Assembly: GCA_038496445.1 (NCBI GenBank)
Contig: JALMLS010000103.1
Coordinates: 128,733-192,732 of the forward strand
Length of the DNA: 64,000 bases
Origin: Trichosphaerium sp. ATCC 40318
Taxonomy: Eukaryota > Protista > Tubulinea
Direction of reading: 5' to 3'
A program made the translations under genes and the position numbers. The stretch's first letter is position 1; each line of letters begins with the position of its first letter. Below, piece after piece: positions 35,708 through 51,995 of the stretch. The notes under the pieces were generated by a model, which saw only the letters and a list, made by a program, of their open reading frames with translations, was not told the DNA's origin and searched no databases.

Positions 35708-38026
35708 TCAAAGAGAGAATCCTTGTTTTACACGCGTAAATGTAGAGTACACAGTTGATGCCAATGTGATGTCTAAGGATCCTCTATCGTGTAAAGATTG
35801 TATTGTAGAATGTGTAGATAAAATTTGCAGAACATTAGCAAGACGGCTTAAATCTAGTGCGGCACTATACCGCACGCCAATCTTTGTGTCTGAGCGTTCT
35901 AAAGAAGACATGGTAGAATCTGCAATAGCCTTCAATAGCATCCAAAAGTCTAGCAAGTTCATACCTTCACAGCTGAGTTAGAGTGATTGTTGTGATTATG
36001 AGTGCCTGATGTACCTGCATTTGCTTTTAGCATTAATTGGCAGTGATCTATCCATTCTATGTTGTTATCAAACCCTTCTTTGCAATCACTGATTGCCTCT
36101 TCAACATCAGTTAAATCATCGAGTAGCTTACGCAAAATAACGTCTATGTTACCTACAATTAGTGAGAAACGAAAGTAAGGAAAAAAAAAACATACAAGCA
36201 TTAGCCCAGTTATGATTTATGGAAATTGTGTCTTCAAGATTAATAACTTGATGATGCCAATCACTGGGTACTACTGTTGTTAACAAAAACCTCGAGTACA
36301 AAGCAGAAATTGCAAAAAGGCTACTCCCTATCGGGGAATCGAACCCCGAGCCTCCGGATGAAAACCGAAAATGTTAACCATTACACCAATAGGGATTTTG
36401 ATGTGATAATAATTAGCTACGTAATCGGCCGCAATTTTTCAAAATTATTTTGTGTACCAAATATTGTTTCTCCCTGCTCTTGTATACACCTTATAGGCAC
36501 TAAATTTGTGAGACGTGGGTACCTACCATCAGTTAAATAACTAATTAGAGTGTTCAGCACCTTGTTGTGTCATATTCACCGACATCACGGACATAATGGC
36601 CATTCCTTTTCAACTTTAATTTGTGTTTTTCTAAACAATGTGACTTACATGTCTTTAAGGTCCGCCTCAGTGGAAGGTGGATACAACAGCCTAATCACTT
36701 TAATATGGGAAAAACACGCGTGTGAAGACTTTAGTACCATAACTTCCGACCAACAATATTAACTGACCTTTAAAAATGTTAAAGCGGATCAATCAACTAC
36801 CAATAGGACCATGAGAAAGAGCGGAAAACGTCTGCATGAAGTCCAGTCCATGACCCTGCGTGAATCAACATAATGCGAAATTATTTGGGGAATACCTTTG
36901 GGTCCAATGTACACAAACTTGTAATCATCATCGCCCAGTGTTTTCGTCCTAACAAAAATTTAGTGAAAACAATTGTTCAAAAAGGTAGTTACCAAAATTC
37001 ATTAATCCAGTCGCTTGAAAAAATGGCCTACTCCTGTATTACAACAAGAGATACTTCAACAATAGGTACCGGTACTGTATAAACTTCAGGTTTCGGGAAA
37101 GTGTGCGCCAGGTGCCAATCCTGTGGAGTGTAAGAATAGAAAATATCCTTGCAATTCTTACCTTTACATATAAGCACTTTGTGTTCGCCTTCGGGTCTGC
37201 TGATTGTTGTTTCCAATGCTTCATAACTGTAGAGAACTGAAAGAATAAGGTTAGACGAATGAACATATGTTACTAAGACAGGTAGTTGTACAAAAAAATT
37301 GGGAAGGCAATTATTGCCAGTAGCCACCCTTGCACACGGATTCATTTAGTAAAAGGCGAAATGGATTCTCGTTATGTACAAGGGCTTGCAGAATAGAAAG
37401 TACATACGGAATTTAAAGTAGAGAGAACCAAAAAAAAAAAAAAGTGGGACGAAGAGTGGCAAAGAGATCTCTCAATGATAATGCAAGTTTTGTTTTGCTT
37501 TTCAGTGAAAGAAACAAAGTGACATTTTGACACATGCATCTGTCATCGTACTTTCATTTCAGTTCTTTTTTCAGTGCCACGTTCAATTGTATTGCAATGT
37601 GCTACAGTGACTTGTGCATCACCGTACACTTTTTGGAGATAATCAAAATTCGGTTTATCTTGTTTGTTTGAGCGCCAAGCCTTGTTTTAACTAAGTATGA
37701 AGCGTAAAACAATACAAAAAATGTAAATACCGTATAGCAAGGCCAGTTGTCAGGAAGATGCGTTATTACTACTGGAATCTAAATTGGTATCAAAAAGAAC
37801 GTAGGGAACGCTATGAAACGCACGTTTGGACTCATATAATGACGCAAGAAATAATCGTACGTAACGAGGCGCCCATCAATCCTTTTTATGTCTAAAGGTT
37901 CATTTGTACGATCAATAGGCTATTTCGAATAAACAAACTCAAGCGGTATTTGTCAACTGGTACCTTCAAACATGCGACAAACGTATCTGCTGTAATACTA
38001 CGAACAGTATCATCTACGTTCCTCAT
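35708..38026 (-). CDS. JMJD4: JmjC-domain 2-oxoglutarate oxygenase JMJD4, multi-exon
   Basis: KPNFDYLQKVYGDAQV, YVKDWHL, DDDYKFVYIGPKGSWTGLHADVFRSFSWS, QEQGETIFVPSDWHHQVINLEDTISINHNW, CQLMLKANAGMN. Confidence 0.9.
36324..36395 (-). tRNA. tRNA-Glu(TTC), inside JMJD4 intron about 36271-36457
   Basis: Identical to the copy at 33386. Confidence 0.95.
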
Positions 38027-38139
38027 GAAACTGCTGGCGCTGTTTATAACTTTTATTGACCAAAAAACCTCATACTTGCATTGCAAGCGTATCTTGCAAC
38101 TCGTACACGCCCACACAATACTTGTAGATATCTGAACGC

Positions 38140-40495
<2,356 letters not shown>

Positions 40496-40657
40496 AGTTG
40501 TAAACATGATGTTAGTACAAGTAGCAAATAAAGTATAAAATGTACACCAGTAATAGTTTTGTGCAAGTACACAGCGAATAAAATGAAAACGCAAATGCTG
40601 ATAGAACTCTAGCCGCTGAAGAACATAATAATGGTGCACAAAAATGCAAAAAGGCTA

Positions 40658-40729
40658 CTCCCTATCGGGGAATCGAACCCCGAGCCTCCGGATGAAAACC
40701 GAAAATGTTAACCATTACACCAATAGGGA
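40658..40729 (-). tRNA. tRNA-Glu(TTC), intergenic
   Basis: Identical to the other two copies. Confidence 0.95.
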
Positions 40730-41187
40730 TTTTGATGTGATTGACTGAATAAATTAGCTCACAACGTTCGCAACAGTTTAGTCTATAGACGGTTTTTTTG
40801 CGTTTACAACCACAAACACTCTTTCGTACCATTTGAAGTATTTTTTTTTCACGTTTAGCGTAAATTTGTGAGGTTTTACTTCGCCACTTGAGTTAAAAGT
40901 ATTTAGCTACGTTGCTCGCTTGTTTCGTATGAACATGATAGGCATACTCGCTTGTTACTTTATCAAGCACATAAGTAGTTTCTATTAGCGCCAGGCAAAG
41001 AGGTTTGGTACCGAACGTAGCGTCGTTTTGTGCTAGCATTGCGTTTGGTTGGCGGGTTAGTTAATTTTGACTTTGGGCGGAAAGTTTATGGTCTGACAAG
41101 TACTTTTCAAGATAAATTTGCTTAGCCTGCAAAAGCAACGTCTCTTAACGAGTTGGAAGTACGATTGGTATCGTTCGTGGCTAAAAC

Positions 41188-44100
41188 ATGGCAATTCCAA
41201 CCGAACAGACAAAGAGCCAGTTCAAGGTATGCAAGCGCTACTTTATGACCGTTTTTGTCGCACACTCTAAAAACAACCATACTCTCCTTTTCTTGTCGCT
41301 CTTAAATGCATGAGCGTGAATTTCCATTGCGTGCATACCATGTGAGAGATAAAACTATGCGTCAATGTTTTGCCTCTTTTTTTATTTACCTTCGATCAAA
41401 ACGAACTGTTTGTAGTTTAAACGCGTGAAATATGCAGAAAGGCACTTTTAGCCCATTTGTCAGTTTTTCGATGAGTGTTTCTCCTCGGCCATCGCGTATC
41501 TACTACAAACAATGCCGTTTCCTTTGCCTTCGTAGTTCTACAAAACGTACTACGATAAATTTTAATACGTCACCTCTAAAACGCCATTTGTACACATAAA
41601 ACCTTCTTTATCGCGTTCGCATCGTTTTGCAAATATAGTCCACTGCAAACTGGCATTATTTGTCCCAACACATAGTTCTTAATTGCTTGACGCTCATATT
41701 TTACTTAGAGCCTTTCCGGACGTACTTGGAAGCCAAGTTCGAATTACACAAACTTGCAAGTTGGCGGTGTGGGCCAAAACTTGGTTAAATCAAATGAAGT
41801 GTACTACGCCGTACCGTGGTCTGCAGGGTACACTTTTTTAGCCTTATTCTGAGCCACTTCATTGATAAAAACCTGTGAACTATTTTTTTGCCTTTTTTTG
41901 TTAACTTTTTCTAAAACTAGTGGTGGCGCACTTGCAGTATTTCCTCTCTGTGATACTGGTAAAGTAGCAGAAAAACCAAATCTTATACAAGCACATACAT
42001 CGTCTTTGACATCATTTGAGTTCTCTCCATTTCATGAGAACATGGTTGCTACAGGGTAAGACTCATTAGTTGAGATTTTCTTTTTTTTTTTTTTCATTTC
42101 TAATGCGATTGCGTAGATCACGCGAACCTGTAGTTAAGGTATGGCAGTTTCCTAAAGGCGGACCTACCGATAATGATCTTAAACCGTCACAAACACTTAG
42201 TGGTCATACAAAACGTATTTCTTTTGTAGAATTCCATCCTACTGCCGATAATGTAATATTGTCGTGTTCAGGTGATAACACCACTAAAGTTTGGTACGTT
42301 GTAGAGTGGTTGTACCATTTATGTTGACAGCGTTTAATAGGGACATTGAGAGTGGCAGTGAGATAACTTCTTTGGAAGGTCACACAGCCAATATTCTATC
42401 AGCTAAATGGAGTAAAAATTCTCTTATTGTATCTTCTTGTAAAGATAAGCAAGTCAGACTTTTTGATCCACGTGCTGCGAAAAAAGCAACCAAAGTACCG
42501 AAATTGAATTATTGCAATAATCTCCCAATCATTAATGCGTTCTTTCTAGGCTGTTCTTGCACATGAATCCGCAAAAGGATTTAATGTTTGTTGGCTTGGA
42601 GCTGCTCCTATGGACTTTAAACGAAAACATCCTGTACAAAAAGAATTCTGTACAGTTGGTTGGAACAAGAAGAGTCAACGTGAATTGGGTACGAATTAGC
42701 ACAAAACAGTTTTTTCTCATCTGTGCTCATGTATCTGCAGTTGTTTGGGATGTTGGTACTCTTAAAGAACTATCAAGAACCATTATCGATACATCTTCGA
42801 GTTTCCTTATGCCTTTCTACGATCCTGGCACAGGTCTTTTGTACCTTGCTGAGAAGGTTTGTTTATTTCCATCGTATAGTTTATTGTTTAACTTTGGAAT
42901 AGGGTAATAAGATTTATTGGTATGAAATACGTCCAAGTGAGCCTAGAGTACTGACTGGTGGACGATTTGTGTCTCAAGGACAGAATTCAGTAACAATGAT
43001 GAGAAAAGTGAGTTTATTTTTGGTCACCATTTTGTTCTGGTGATTTAGTTATTAACCTCTTTTGATAGTCTATTTGTGATGTAAACTCATGTGAAGTCGC
43101 TCGTTTCTTGCTATTATACAAAAGCCAAAAAGATTACTTGCAAACAGTATCATTTCACGTTCCAAGGAAAGAGGTACACTCGTTGTTATACAACTAAAAA
43201 TTTCGTTTGTCTAAATACGTAATTGTAGCAAACTCATTTCCACGCTGATTTATTCCCACCTGTTCCTATGGGTATTCCAGCAATGTCTGCTGCAGATTAT
43301 AAAAAGGGAAAGAATGCTGATCTTAAGCTTCGCTCTCTACAACCTCATGGAAAACTTGTATCTGAGATTTCTCAACGAAAACTTATTGCAAAGCAAAGTG
43401 GGTTAACTGGTCATATGGCCGTAAAAGCCAAGTGCGTTATTTCTTTGTTTTTCAATGTGGTGCGGAGTCTAGATTGACATTTATTGTTTAGGACTGAAGG
43501 ATGGCTTGAAATATTACAACCTGGTATTTTCTTTAAGAGCTGGGCAAAACAATGGATTGTCATTAAGTCCAAGGGTATCTACTGTTTCGCAGATAAGGAT
43601 GCTGCAACTGCTTCTCGTACTATTTTCTATGATAGTATGAACAGCATTGAGGCTCATCCTCAAGGACCTGAGGTAGCTATTTTTTCTTTTGTTTTTTCTT
43701 TTATTTTAATGTTTAACATTTATCGCTAGCATATTATTGTAAATTCTTCTCCTGAAGCATTGCGTATTCGTGCTGCTACAAAAGAAGATCGTGATGCCTG
43801 GCTTATGTCTCTTAATAGTGCTAAATCTAGAGCTCTGGAAGATATGATATCAACTTATGAACCACGCTCAACATCTGGTTCAAAGGCACAACCAACAAAG
43901 CAAGAAGCTAAACGTACAGCAGTAGTACGTTTATAATAATGACAGCAAGGTTTCATATCTAACCTTTATTTTAGCTTGGTGCTTGGGGAGCCAGTAGCAA
44001 GCCAGTTGCAGAAGCTCCAAAGGAAGCAGGAAGTGATATGGAAGGTTATTTGGGGTAAGTTCTATTTATGTTTGTTCTAAAAGTTCGTTTAATTGATTTA

Positions 44101-47100
44101 TTCTTTTTATAGTATGTTTGTTCCTGGTATGATCTGGAATAGATGGGATAAAACATTCTGGAGAGTTGAAGATAATATATTATCGAGTTATGCATCTGAA
44201 AGTAATAGGGTATGTTTGTTTTCATTTACTATTTTTTTTTCTTTCGTGTTTTTGCTTACGAAGGTATTAGGATGTAAAAGAATCTATTCATTTAGATAAA
44301 GTTGTTTCTGTTCACCGTGCTGATAATATTGAAGATAAAGCTTTTGTGTTTAAAGTTACAACATCAACGAGAACTTGGATGTTGTTGGGTAACAGCAATG
44401 AGAATGTAAATGAATGGGTATCATTCCTTGACAAGAAAAGAAAAGAGCTTCGCCCAGAGGGAGTAGATGATGGCGACGATAATCAACCCGATCTAATGGA
44501 AGGTTGGATACAAGTGCGACAAGGTACGATAAGGGTGAATTTGCACCCTAGAACTAATTATTGGTTTAGGTACTTTTGCGCTATGGAAAAAGCGTTGGTG
44601 TGTTGCTGTTGGCTCTGAGATTCTTGTCTATAAATCCGAACAATCTCAAGAACCTCTACAAAGATTCAAGCTAGCTCCTGCCTCAGAAGTGACAACCTCA
44701 CACAGAAACCCAGAAGTTGGTCTTCAAGTTAGCTACCCTGGTCAAGCAAGTGCACATCTTCTTTGTACGTCTCCAGAAGAAAGAGATGAATGGCTTGCGG
44801 CCATCTATGAGTTCTGGGTAGTGAGTAAATCAACACTTGATATTCTTGACTCTTTCGGTATTAATGTTGAACATGTACGCTTCTATTGAAAGTTAATTCT
44901 ATCTTTAATCTATTTACTAGGATACTAAACAATCAGTTGCAACGTTGGAGAAATCACTTGATAACTTTGTTGTATTGTGGAAGCCATATGATATGCGTAT
45001 GGGTAAAGCACCAGTTGGAGCTAGAAATGTGCTTATTCATGTCAGAGGTGAGTGTTCTACTACTTCCTAGCACGTGATTCACAAAGGTTTTTTAGGTAGA
45101 CAACGTGTTCATTGCCGTGTTTGTTCTCCTTCATGGAAGTCTCTTCATAAAGCTGGTGTATTCATTTATGACATGGGTAAACAGATTTATATTTGGGCTG
45201 GAGAAGACGCTAACAGGTAACTATTACTTATTGTTTTGACAAATGGGTTTGTTAACGTCTGTTTCTAGGATTCAGTGGGCTCAAGCAACTGATATCGCAG
45301 GTCGTATACGTAAAAAGGAACGTGGTAATATGGCCTCAATCTTCGCCATGGGTATGTATTTTAAGAGTAGTTGGGAGGTTGTATTGACACTTTAAATAGC
45401 GCAAGATGGTAAAAAGGATTTTGCTGAGTTCTGGAATGAGCTTGGAGGCAAACATACTATTACCAGAGTTGTAAATCCTGAAGATGAGGATAAAGAACCT
45501 ATTGTTATAAAACTATACAGGTTTGTTAAACTACAAATAGTGCTAAGTATTGATGTTCTTTAAGAATTCTAGAAAACCAAGTCAATCTTGTACATGCTGG
45601 TCGTCCACCTTCACGTACTAAACTAGAGTCACGTGCTGTATTTATTGTCGAGTTCGGTCCTGAAATATTCATTTGGGTTGGTAAAGGATCCTCCAATAAG
45701 CAAAGAAAACTAGGAGTTGTCTTGGCTCGTGTATGTACCTTTTGTTTAAACTAGCTTTGTTTTAGTTTTTCTAACAAAGTTGTACAGAAGGTTCAACAAA
45801 AGAAAAAGACATGGTCACTTGTGACACGTGTTGGTGAAAATGCAGAGACTGTTCTTTTTAAACATAAGTTTAAAGATTTCCCTGGAATGCTTCCAATATC
45901 AACAGGACCAAGGCAAGCTGCTAAGGGTAATGTTGCTATTCGTGTACAAGAACTTCCAGTGGAAGATTTGGCAAAGGTCATGCTACTCAAAGAGCAAGGT
46001 CCAGTCAAACAAGTATGTCATAGGGCGGCTTAAATCTTTACACTAAAGTACTCACTGTTTCTTCTAGAAGCCTATCAAATCTGGGCTTGCTGCACCAAAC
46101 CCTGAGGATGTAGATCAAGGAAATGGCCGTATGCTTGTACGCCTACCGAATCTCTTCTCTTTTTTTAATTCATTCCTTTTTAGATTTGGGCTATTGATGG
46201 ATATGAACGTATACCACTACCAGTAGCCTTGCATGGACAATTCTTTACTAGTGATTCTTATTTGATTAAGTATACTTATAAATACAACAATTCTGAGCAA
46301 TATCTTATCTACTTTTGGCAAGGACGTGATTGCTCAATTGTACGATGCAAATTAGTCATAAAACAATCCAACTAATACCATGGTATAGAATGAGAAAGGT
46401 ACATCAGCTTATATGACAAAAGAACTTGATGATCTTCTGGGCGGAGCTGCAACTCAGGTAACTATTAGCCCATTTACTTGACTATCGCCTAACCAAGAAC
46501 TGTTTAGATTCGTGTACCACAGCATATGGAACCTCCACATTTCAAAAAGATATTCCGCGGAACTGGGATAGTTATGCATGAAGTAAGCTTATTTGAACAA
46601 CGTTTATGCTTTTTGGGTTCTAAATAGCTATTTTTAAGGGTGTTGTACAAAGTGCTTGGATGGAGAAACCAAAAATGTTATTTGAAGTACGCGCAGGACC
46701 TAAAGGCGCAAAAGCAGTTGAGATTAAACCTGTACGATAGTAATTGTCTTTGGTATTTGTTATTCTGACTTTATATTAAGATTGCTTCAAACCTTCATTC
46801 TGGACATGCTTTTGTTGCTGTAAACTCAACGACTGCATATATTTGGGTTGGAAAACGTGCTTCTCCTGTACGTAAAGTAAAGACAAGTTATTTTTATTGA
46901 CAAATGATAATTAGGAAGAAATGGAGTTTGCTAAGAAATTTGCTAATAATATGGACGCTCCAAAACGTGCTAGATTAGAATTACAAGCTCTTGAAGCCAA
47001 AAACAAACAAGAACTTGAATCAGATGAAGAAGAGAGTGAAGAGGAAGATTATATTGATGAAGAAGATCGTAAGCGTAGAGAGCGTATGAAGTACGTATAA

Positions 47101-48249
47101 TCACAAAGACTGTCTGTTTGTGCTTTCTTTCACAAGCTAATATTTGTTGCTAAGACAGCGCCGTAAGAACAAGAAGCAAACTGATGATAGAGCGTACATA
47201 TAATGATTGTTTCGAAGTTATGAACCTTAACTCTGTTGTTTAGTATTGCAGCTAAAGCAGCAACTCAAAGTAGTGCTAGCAAGATATACGCCAACCTAGA
47301 TGTTCATAAAATCGAACAAATTCCTGAGGGTAGAGAACCTGCTGAGTTTTGGTCATTGCTTGGTGGTACGCAATTGTGAAAGAAGATAGTGCGTCGTTTT
47401 TGGGTTTAATGTCCTATTGTAGGTAAGAAACCGTACTTTACTGATGCACCACAAAAACATGTAACTTGTCGTATGTTTATGTGCCACAACGCAACCGGAG
47501 TAGCAAAGGTATTAAATGAACTCACAATGTTTACTATAACAGTTTATTAATCATTTGCTGTAGGTTTACCCAATTTCACCTGTTGAATACTGTCAAGACT
47601 CCCTTGATCTTACCAGTGTCATGATTATTGATGCTACAACTGAGATGTGGATATGGTTTGGAGAACAAAGTAAACACGTTGCACAGAAGCAATCTATGCT
47701 CGCAGTACAGGTACTTGTGTAAAAAAATACTAACAACATGCAGTGTTTAACTTCCTTTTATAGGCTTACCTTAATTTGGCTCCTGGGAAGAATGAAAGGA
47801 CTCCAGTTTGGCTAACACATCAATATCAAGAGCCAAAAGAGTTTACACAATTATTCCATGGATGGAGCACTACTAGATACCGCAAGAGGGTACGGCATTT
47901 GTTGTTTCTTTGAAATGCTGTTTGAGACTAACGCTCTTTATAGGCACCTGTAGGCAAACCAGAGTACAAACATCCAATGAAAGAAGTCCTCAAGGATTAT
48001 ATGCGTACACAGTACACTTATGCTGAGCTTCTCAAGCGACCACGTGGTGTAGACCCAACTCGATTAGAGGTATTAAAAACCAACTTTTAAGCTCTTTTTT
48101 TTTGTGACGTCTGTTTACTTATATGCTTGTTTTAGGAATACCTATCGCCTGAAGAGTTCCAAAAAGTATTTAAAATGTCTTTGGAAGAGTATCAAATTAT
48201 ACCTACATGGAAGAGAACTGGCATTAAAAAAGAAGCAAACCTATTCTAA
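41188..48249 (+). CDS. vilA: Villidin-like actin-binding protein: coronin-type WD40, 3 PH domains, gelsolin/villin repeats and villin headpiece
   Basis: Coronin motifs (FSPFHEN, FHPTADN, LMPFYDPGT, FHVPRK, FHADLFPP). PH starts EGWLE, EGYLG and EGWIQ. Gelsolin motifs GQFFTSDSY and YFWQGRD. Headpiece GVDPTRLEEYLSPEEF...LPTWRELALKKKQ/KEANLF. Confidence 0.9.
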
Positions 48250-49065
48250 ACAGTATTTCAAAGAAATTTCTTCTATGAAATTAATCCCTAACCTCTCTAC
48301 GCCCCTTTGTAATGTGCACTTATGACGTCAGTTGTTATTATTAAATGTACATACCCTTGTTACATGTATTGTCTGATTTTTTTGCGTTGTAACTTGTTGG
48401 TGTGGAGTTGATGGCACCATGTTGTTTTAATGTTTAAGAACAAGGTTGCGTGTTGGTTTTAATTTTCTTGAAATTACATGAACAGTCACTGATTATGAGC
48501 CATTCGCTCCACCTTCTTTTCTCTTGTTTTAGAGCCTCTTTTTGGTGTTCCTGTAGGTTAATACAATAAAGTCTGCGTAGTTCCTTTTTTGTTTGCCATC
48601 GCAGATGTTTAGGGCAGTCCTTAGCGCTTCCTTTAGTGCCCTTCATGCTAAAAAGGATAGTAAACTCACGCATAAAGAGCGTTGTTTCTGAATATAAAGG
48701 AAATCTCGACTTAGATATTGTTTTTGGGGACATTGTTGGACAGACAACACAAGTATTGTTCTAAAACACAGTTTTTTTCCCAAATTCTTTCTCCAGTTTT
48801 TATGTTTAGACAGTAGTTCCAACACTACTTTTCACGTGAAACTCAACTCACGACTCTACTGCGCGCTCGAACGAAGGTTCATTATTGACATGGTATTGGT
48901 GTACCGAGAATTTTCTTTTTTTTCACATTTTTTCTTTAGCGTTCACTTAACGATTTCACACTGAAACAGACTGTTGTGATACATTCCGGCCAAACCAAGC
49001 AACACAAGGGTTTTTTTAAACGCAATTAAATAAGAATAACCCTTATTTAAAACAGCCAAGACAAG

Positions 49066-50368
49066 ATGGTACACTGTTTTAAAACAAAGACTGTGAAGAA
49101 CGAAGTTCTGGTTTTTTTTTTTTTTTTTGGTTTCGGTTTTTTGTTAATTCGTTTTACACAAAACATTTCATGATTCATTTATTTCAGTCTTGGCGTTCTT
49201 GTACCTAATTTTTTAATAGAATTGTAATAATTTCATTGTAGTAACAGATCCAGAGACAGGACGTGAAGTAGAGGTAGAAGAGAGTGTGTATAATGTTGTG
49301 GTATCTTTAGGTATTCTTTTTTGTGTTTTGGAAGAATGAAATTACAAATCTTCAAAACACCAAACGATGACGAACTTTTTTGTCTAACTTCGATCGTTTT
49401 TTCAGAGAAAATAAAGTCTGTTGGGAACCGTAAAGTTAGTTCCTCCAGAGGTGATCTATCAAGACTACGTCGTCAGATAAAGGTATTGAAAGATAAATCA
49501 AGAACAGACGAAATAGAGAAGAAAAAATTGACACGCGCTTTGCAAGAGTCAGAAGTAACCGTAGGAGAGCAGAAAGTGAGTTCATCTGGCACATTTTTTT
49601 TTCGTGGATATTTTTCTATTTTTTGGGAGATGGATTTTGACACGTGTCGTATTTTTGATGAGATAAAAACAAATTACTATTTAAACACGCATGTGTTTAT
49701 ACTTTGCAACTTGAAATTCGCTCGTTGTGGAAAATTCAAAGTAGCAGTTTACGTTGAAACTTTTTTTTTTTTAATTTTCAGAGCGCTTGGTTTAACTATT
49801 TTACCGATAGAAGACTATACGCCAGTTACGTAATCAGTTGGTTCTATTAAAGTCAGGCTTTGATAACATACCATCTCGGCTCTATGTACCTGATGCTAGA
49901 TCTATACATGAGTCAAAAGTCGTGAATAGTTTTATTTCTCAACCAACGAAGAAAAGAAAATCAACAGAACGAAAATCTCTTCCTATTCTCGCAACGCTAG
50001 CCATACCAGAACAACAAGAAAAGCCACCAAGAAAGCGCGTGCGTGTGCGCCATGTCAAGAGCTTAAACTCTCCGCTGTATGTTCCTGGTGGTCCGGAAAC
50101 AACGTCAAAAATGTTTAAGCATCCAACATATAGTGTTGAAAGAATATACGAAAGAACCACTATCACACCACTGTCGTCAACAAACTTTCCTAAGTTAAAC
50201 GCAACAGAATCATTAGATAAAGAGAGGAAACGAATGAACGCATTAAAAAGAGAAGAAGATGATATATTCAGAGGTCAAAATCAACGACAACAGAAAATGT
50301 CAACATCTATTAATATAGCAAGACTTAACAGTAGAAGCGATAGTGATATGCTTAAAAATTCTTTGTAA
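49066..50368 (+). CDS. Orphan coiled-coil/basic protein, spliced, paralog of 1287-2356
   Basis: FIVVTDPETGREVEVEESVYNVVVSL, RGDLSRLRRQIK...EQK, KTIRQLRNQLVLLK...NSPLYVPGG. Intron positions match the paralog. Start codon is uncertain. Confidence 0.65.
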
Positions 50369-50641
50369 AAATAAACCACCAAATGTAGCTTATTTATATC
50401 TCCGCCTACTGGAACTAAACTATGGCATATTGGCCAGCAGTGTATTCGTAACAAGGTTACTTTGAAGAGCACAACCAGTTGAAACTGTTTTCAACCTCAA
50501 TGGTCCACAGTGATTTGTCATAGTGGTTTAATTGCTTCATATTGTAGTACTATACAAAGGGGTGACATTAGAGTCCAGTAGTTTTTTTGTCAAGACACGT
50601 GATTTATTAAAAAACCAATACAAGAAAAGCAAATTATCTGA

Positions 50642-51995
50642 CTACCATAAAGTAAATCCTCCGTCAATGACCTAGGGTAGTGCAATGTTACAAAGAGAGT
50701 TTTTAGTTTATTAATACCATATTATGTCCTGTCATAAAATCTAAAGACACCAATCAAAACAAAAAAAATACAAGTGGGAACATTCAAACTTACCACTGAC
50801 TTCGCTTGCCAAAAAGACTACGGCTCCTTGTAAGTCCTCTACTTCTCCAAGAGTGCCAGCTGGTGTATCGCTTATCCATTTACCTTTAACTTCTTCAGCT
50901 TCAGGACCTTGTATGAGCGGCGTGTTGATGTATCCTGGGCTTTTAACAACTCGTTAATTGCATGGATAAGGAAATGTATTGTAAACCTGATACAGTTTAC
51001 ACGGACACCTCTTGATGCCCACTCTGCAGCCATACTCTTTGTTAGCTGAATCACGCCTGCCTTGCTGGCATTGTATGAACACTATGTAAACAATGACATC
51101 TCACTTGCGTTAGTAATTAGGTACCTGTGGTTGAGGATGAACTATGATACTACCAGACATCGATGCAGCTGGCAAAATGTAAGCTGTTTATTTTTAGTCA
51201 AACAACCAAACTCGTACTATTAATGATTTTACCATACCCAGCCTCTAACATTATCTTTGCTTCTGCTTGAGCACAAAGAAACACACCTACATGAATATTG
51301 TCTATTGGGATTCTAGTAGACTAGGTTGAGATGTATGTGCCTTTTAGATTGACATCCATCACGCTATTATATTTTAGTAATTGTAACATTTATTATAGTA
51401 CAAGTTTCGTGCCTGCTCCATTGATTTATAGTCAATGACTCTGCGGAAGCATTTGTACAAATACCAGCATTGTTAACCTTAATTTCCATTCTGTTATTGG
51501 CGGTTATGTACAATGCTACTTACTCCAATATGGAGTGCTCCTTTCCAATCCAAGACTTGTTTTATCATTGACTCAACATCCTCTAATACAGAAATTTATC
51601 AGTATCACCTAATAAGTGACCTCACCTTTCTTAGTTACATCCGTTCTAATGGCTATTCGTTTAGTTAAAAATCGAAATAACAAGTCATTAAAATCACGTG
51701 CCAATTGATTGTATGTTCTTCTTTTTAAGCTCTTCCACTACACTTTCGGCACGTTCTATAGCGATATCTACCACTGCAACATATGCTCCTGCCTCTCCAA
51801 GTGCGTGGCAGAAAGCCCTACCAATACCTTGACCTTTTTGTTCAAATTAAAGAGAGAAACACTACATTGGCATACCTCCGCCTTTAATCGATATTAGATG
51901 TCATAATTGCTTGTTTTAAGAAAGTATGTACCAGTAACCAGAGCCACTCTATCTTTAAGAGAGAAACGTTGTAGTATAGGAGTATTAGTTGACAT
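50642..51995 (-). CDS. Short-chain dehydrogenase/reductase (sugar-alcohol/ketose reductase-like), multi-exon
   Basis: [65 protein letters not shown]. Confidence 0.9.

Noticed and set aside
48434-48825. 99-aa and 60-aa minus-strand ORFs divergent from the orphan gene
   Set aside because: No recognisable motif and no counterpart found beside the paralog at 1.3-2.4 kb; left uncalled.
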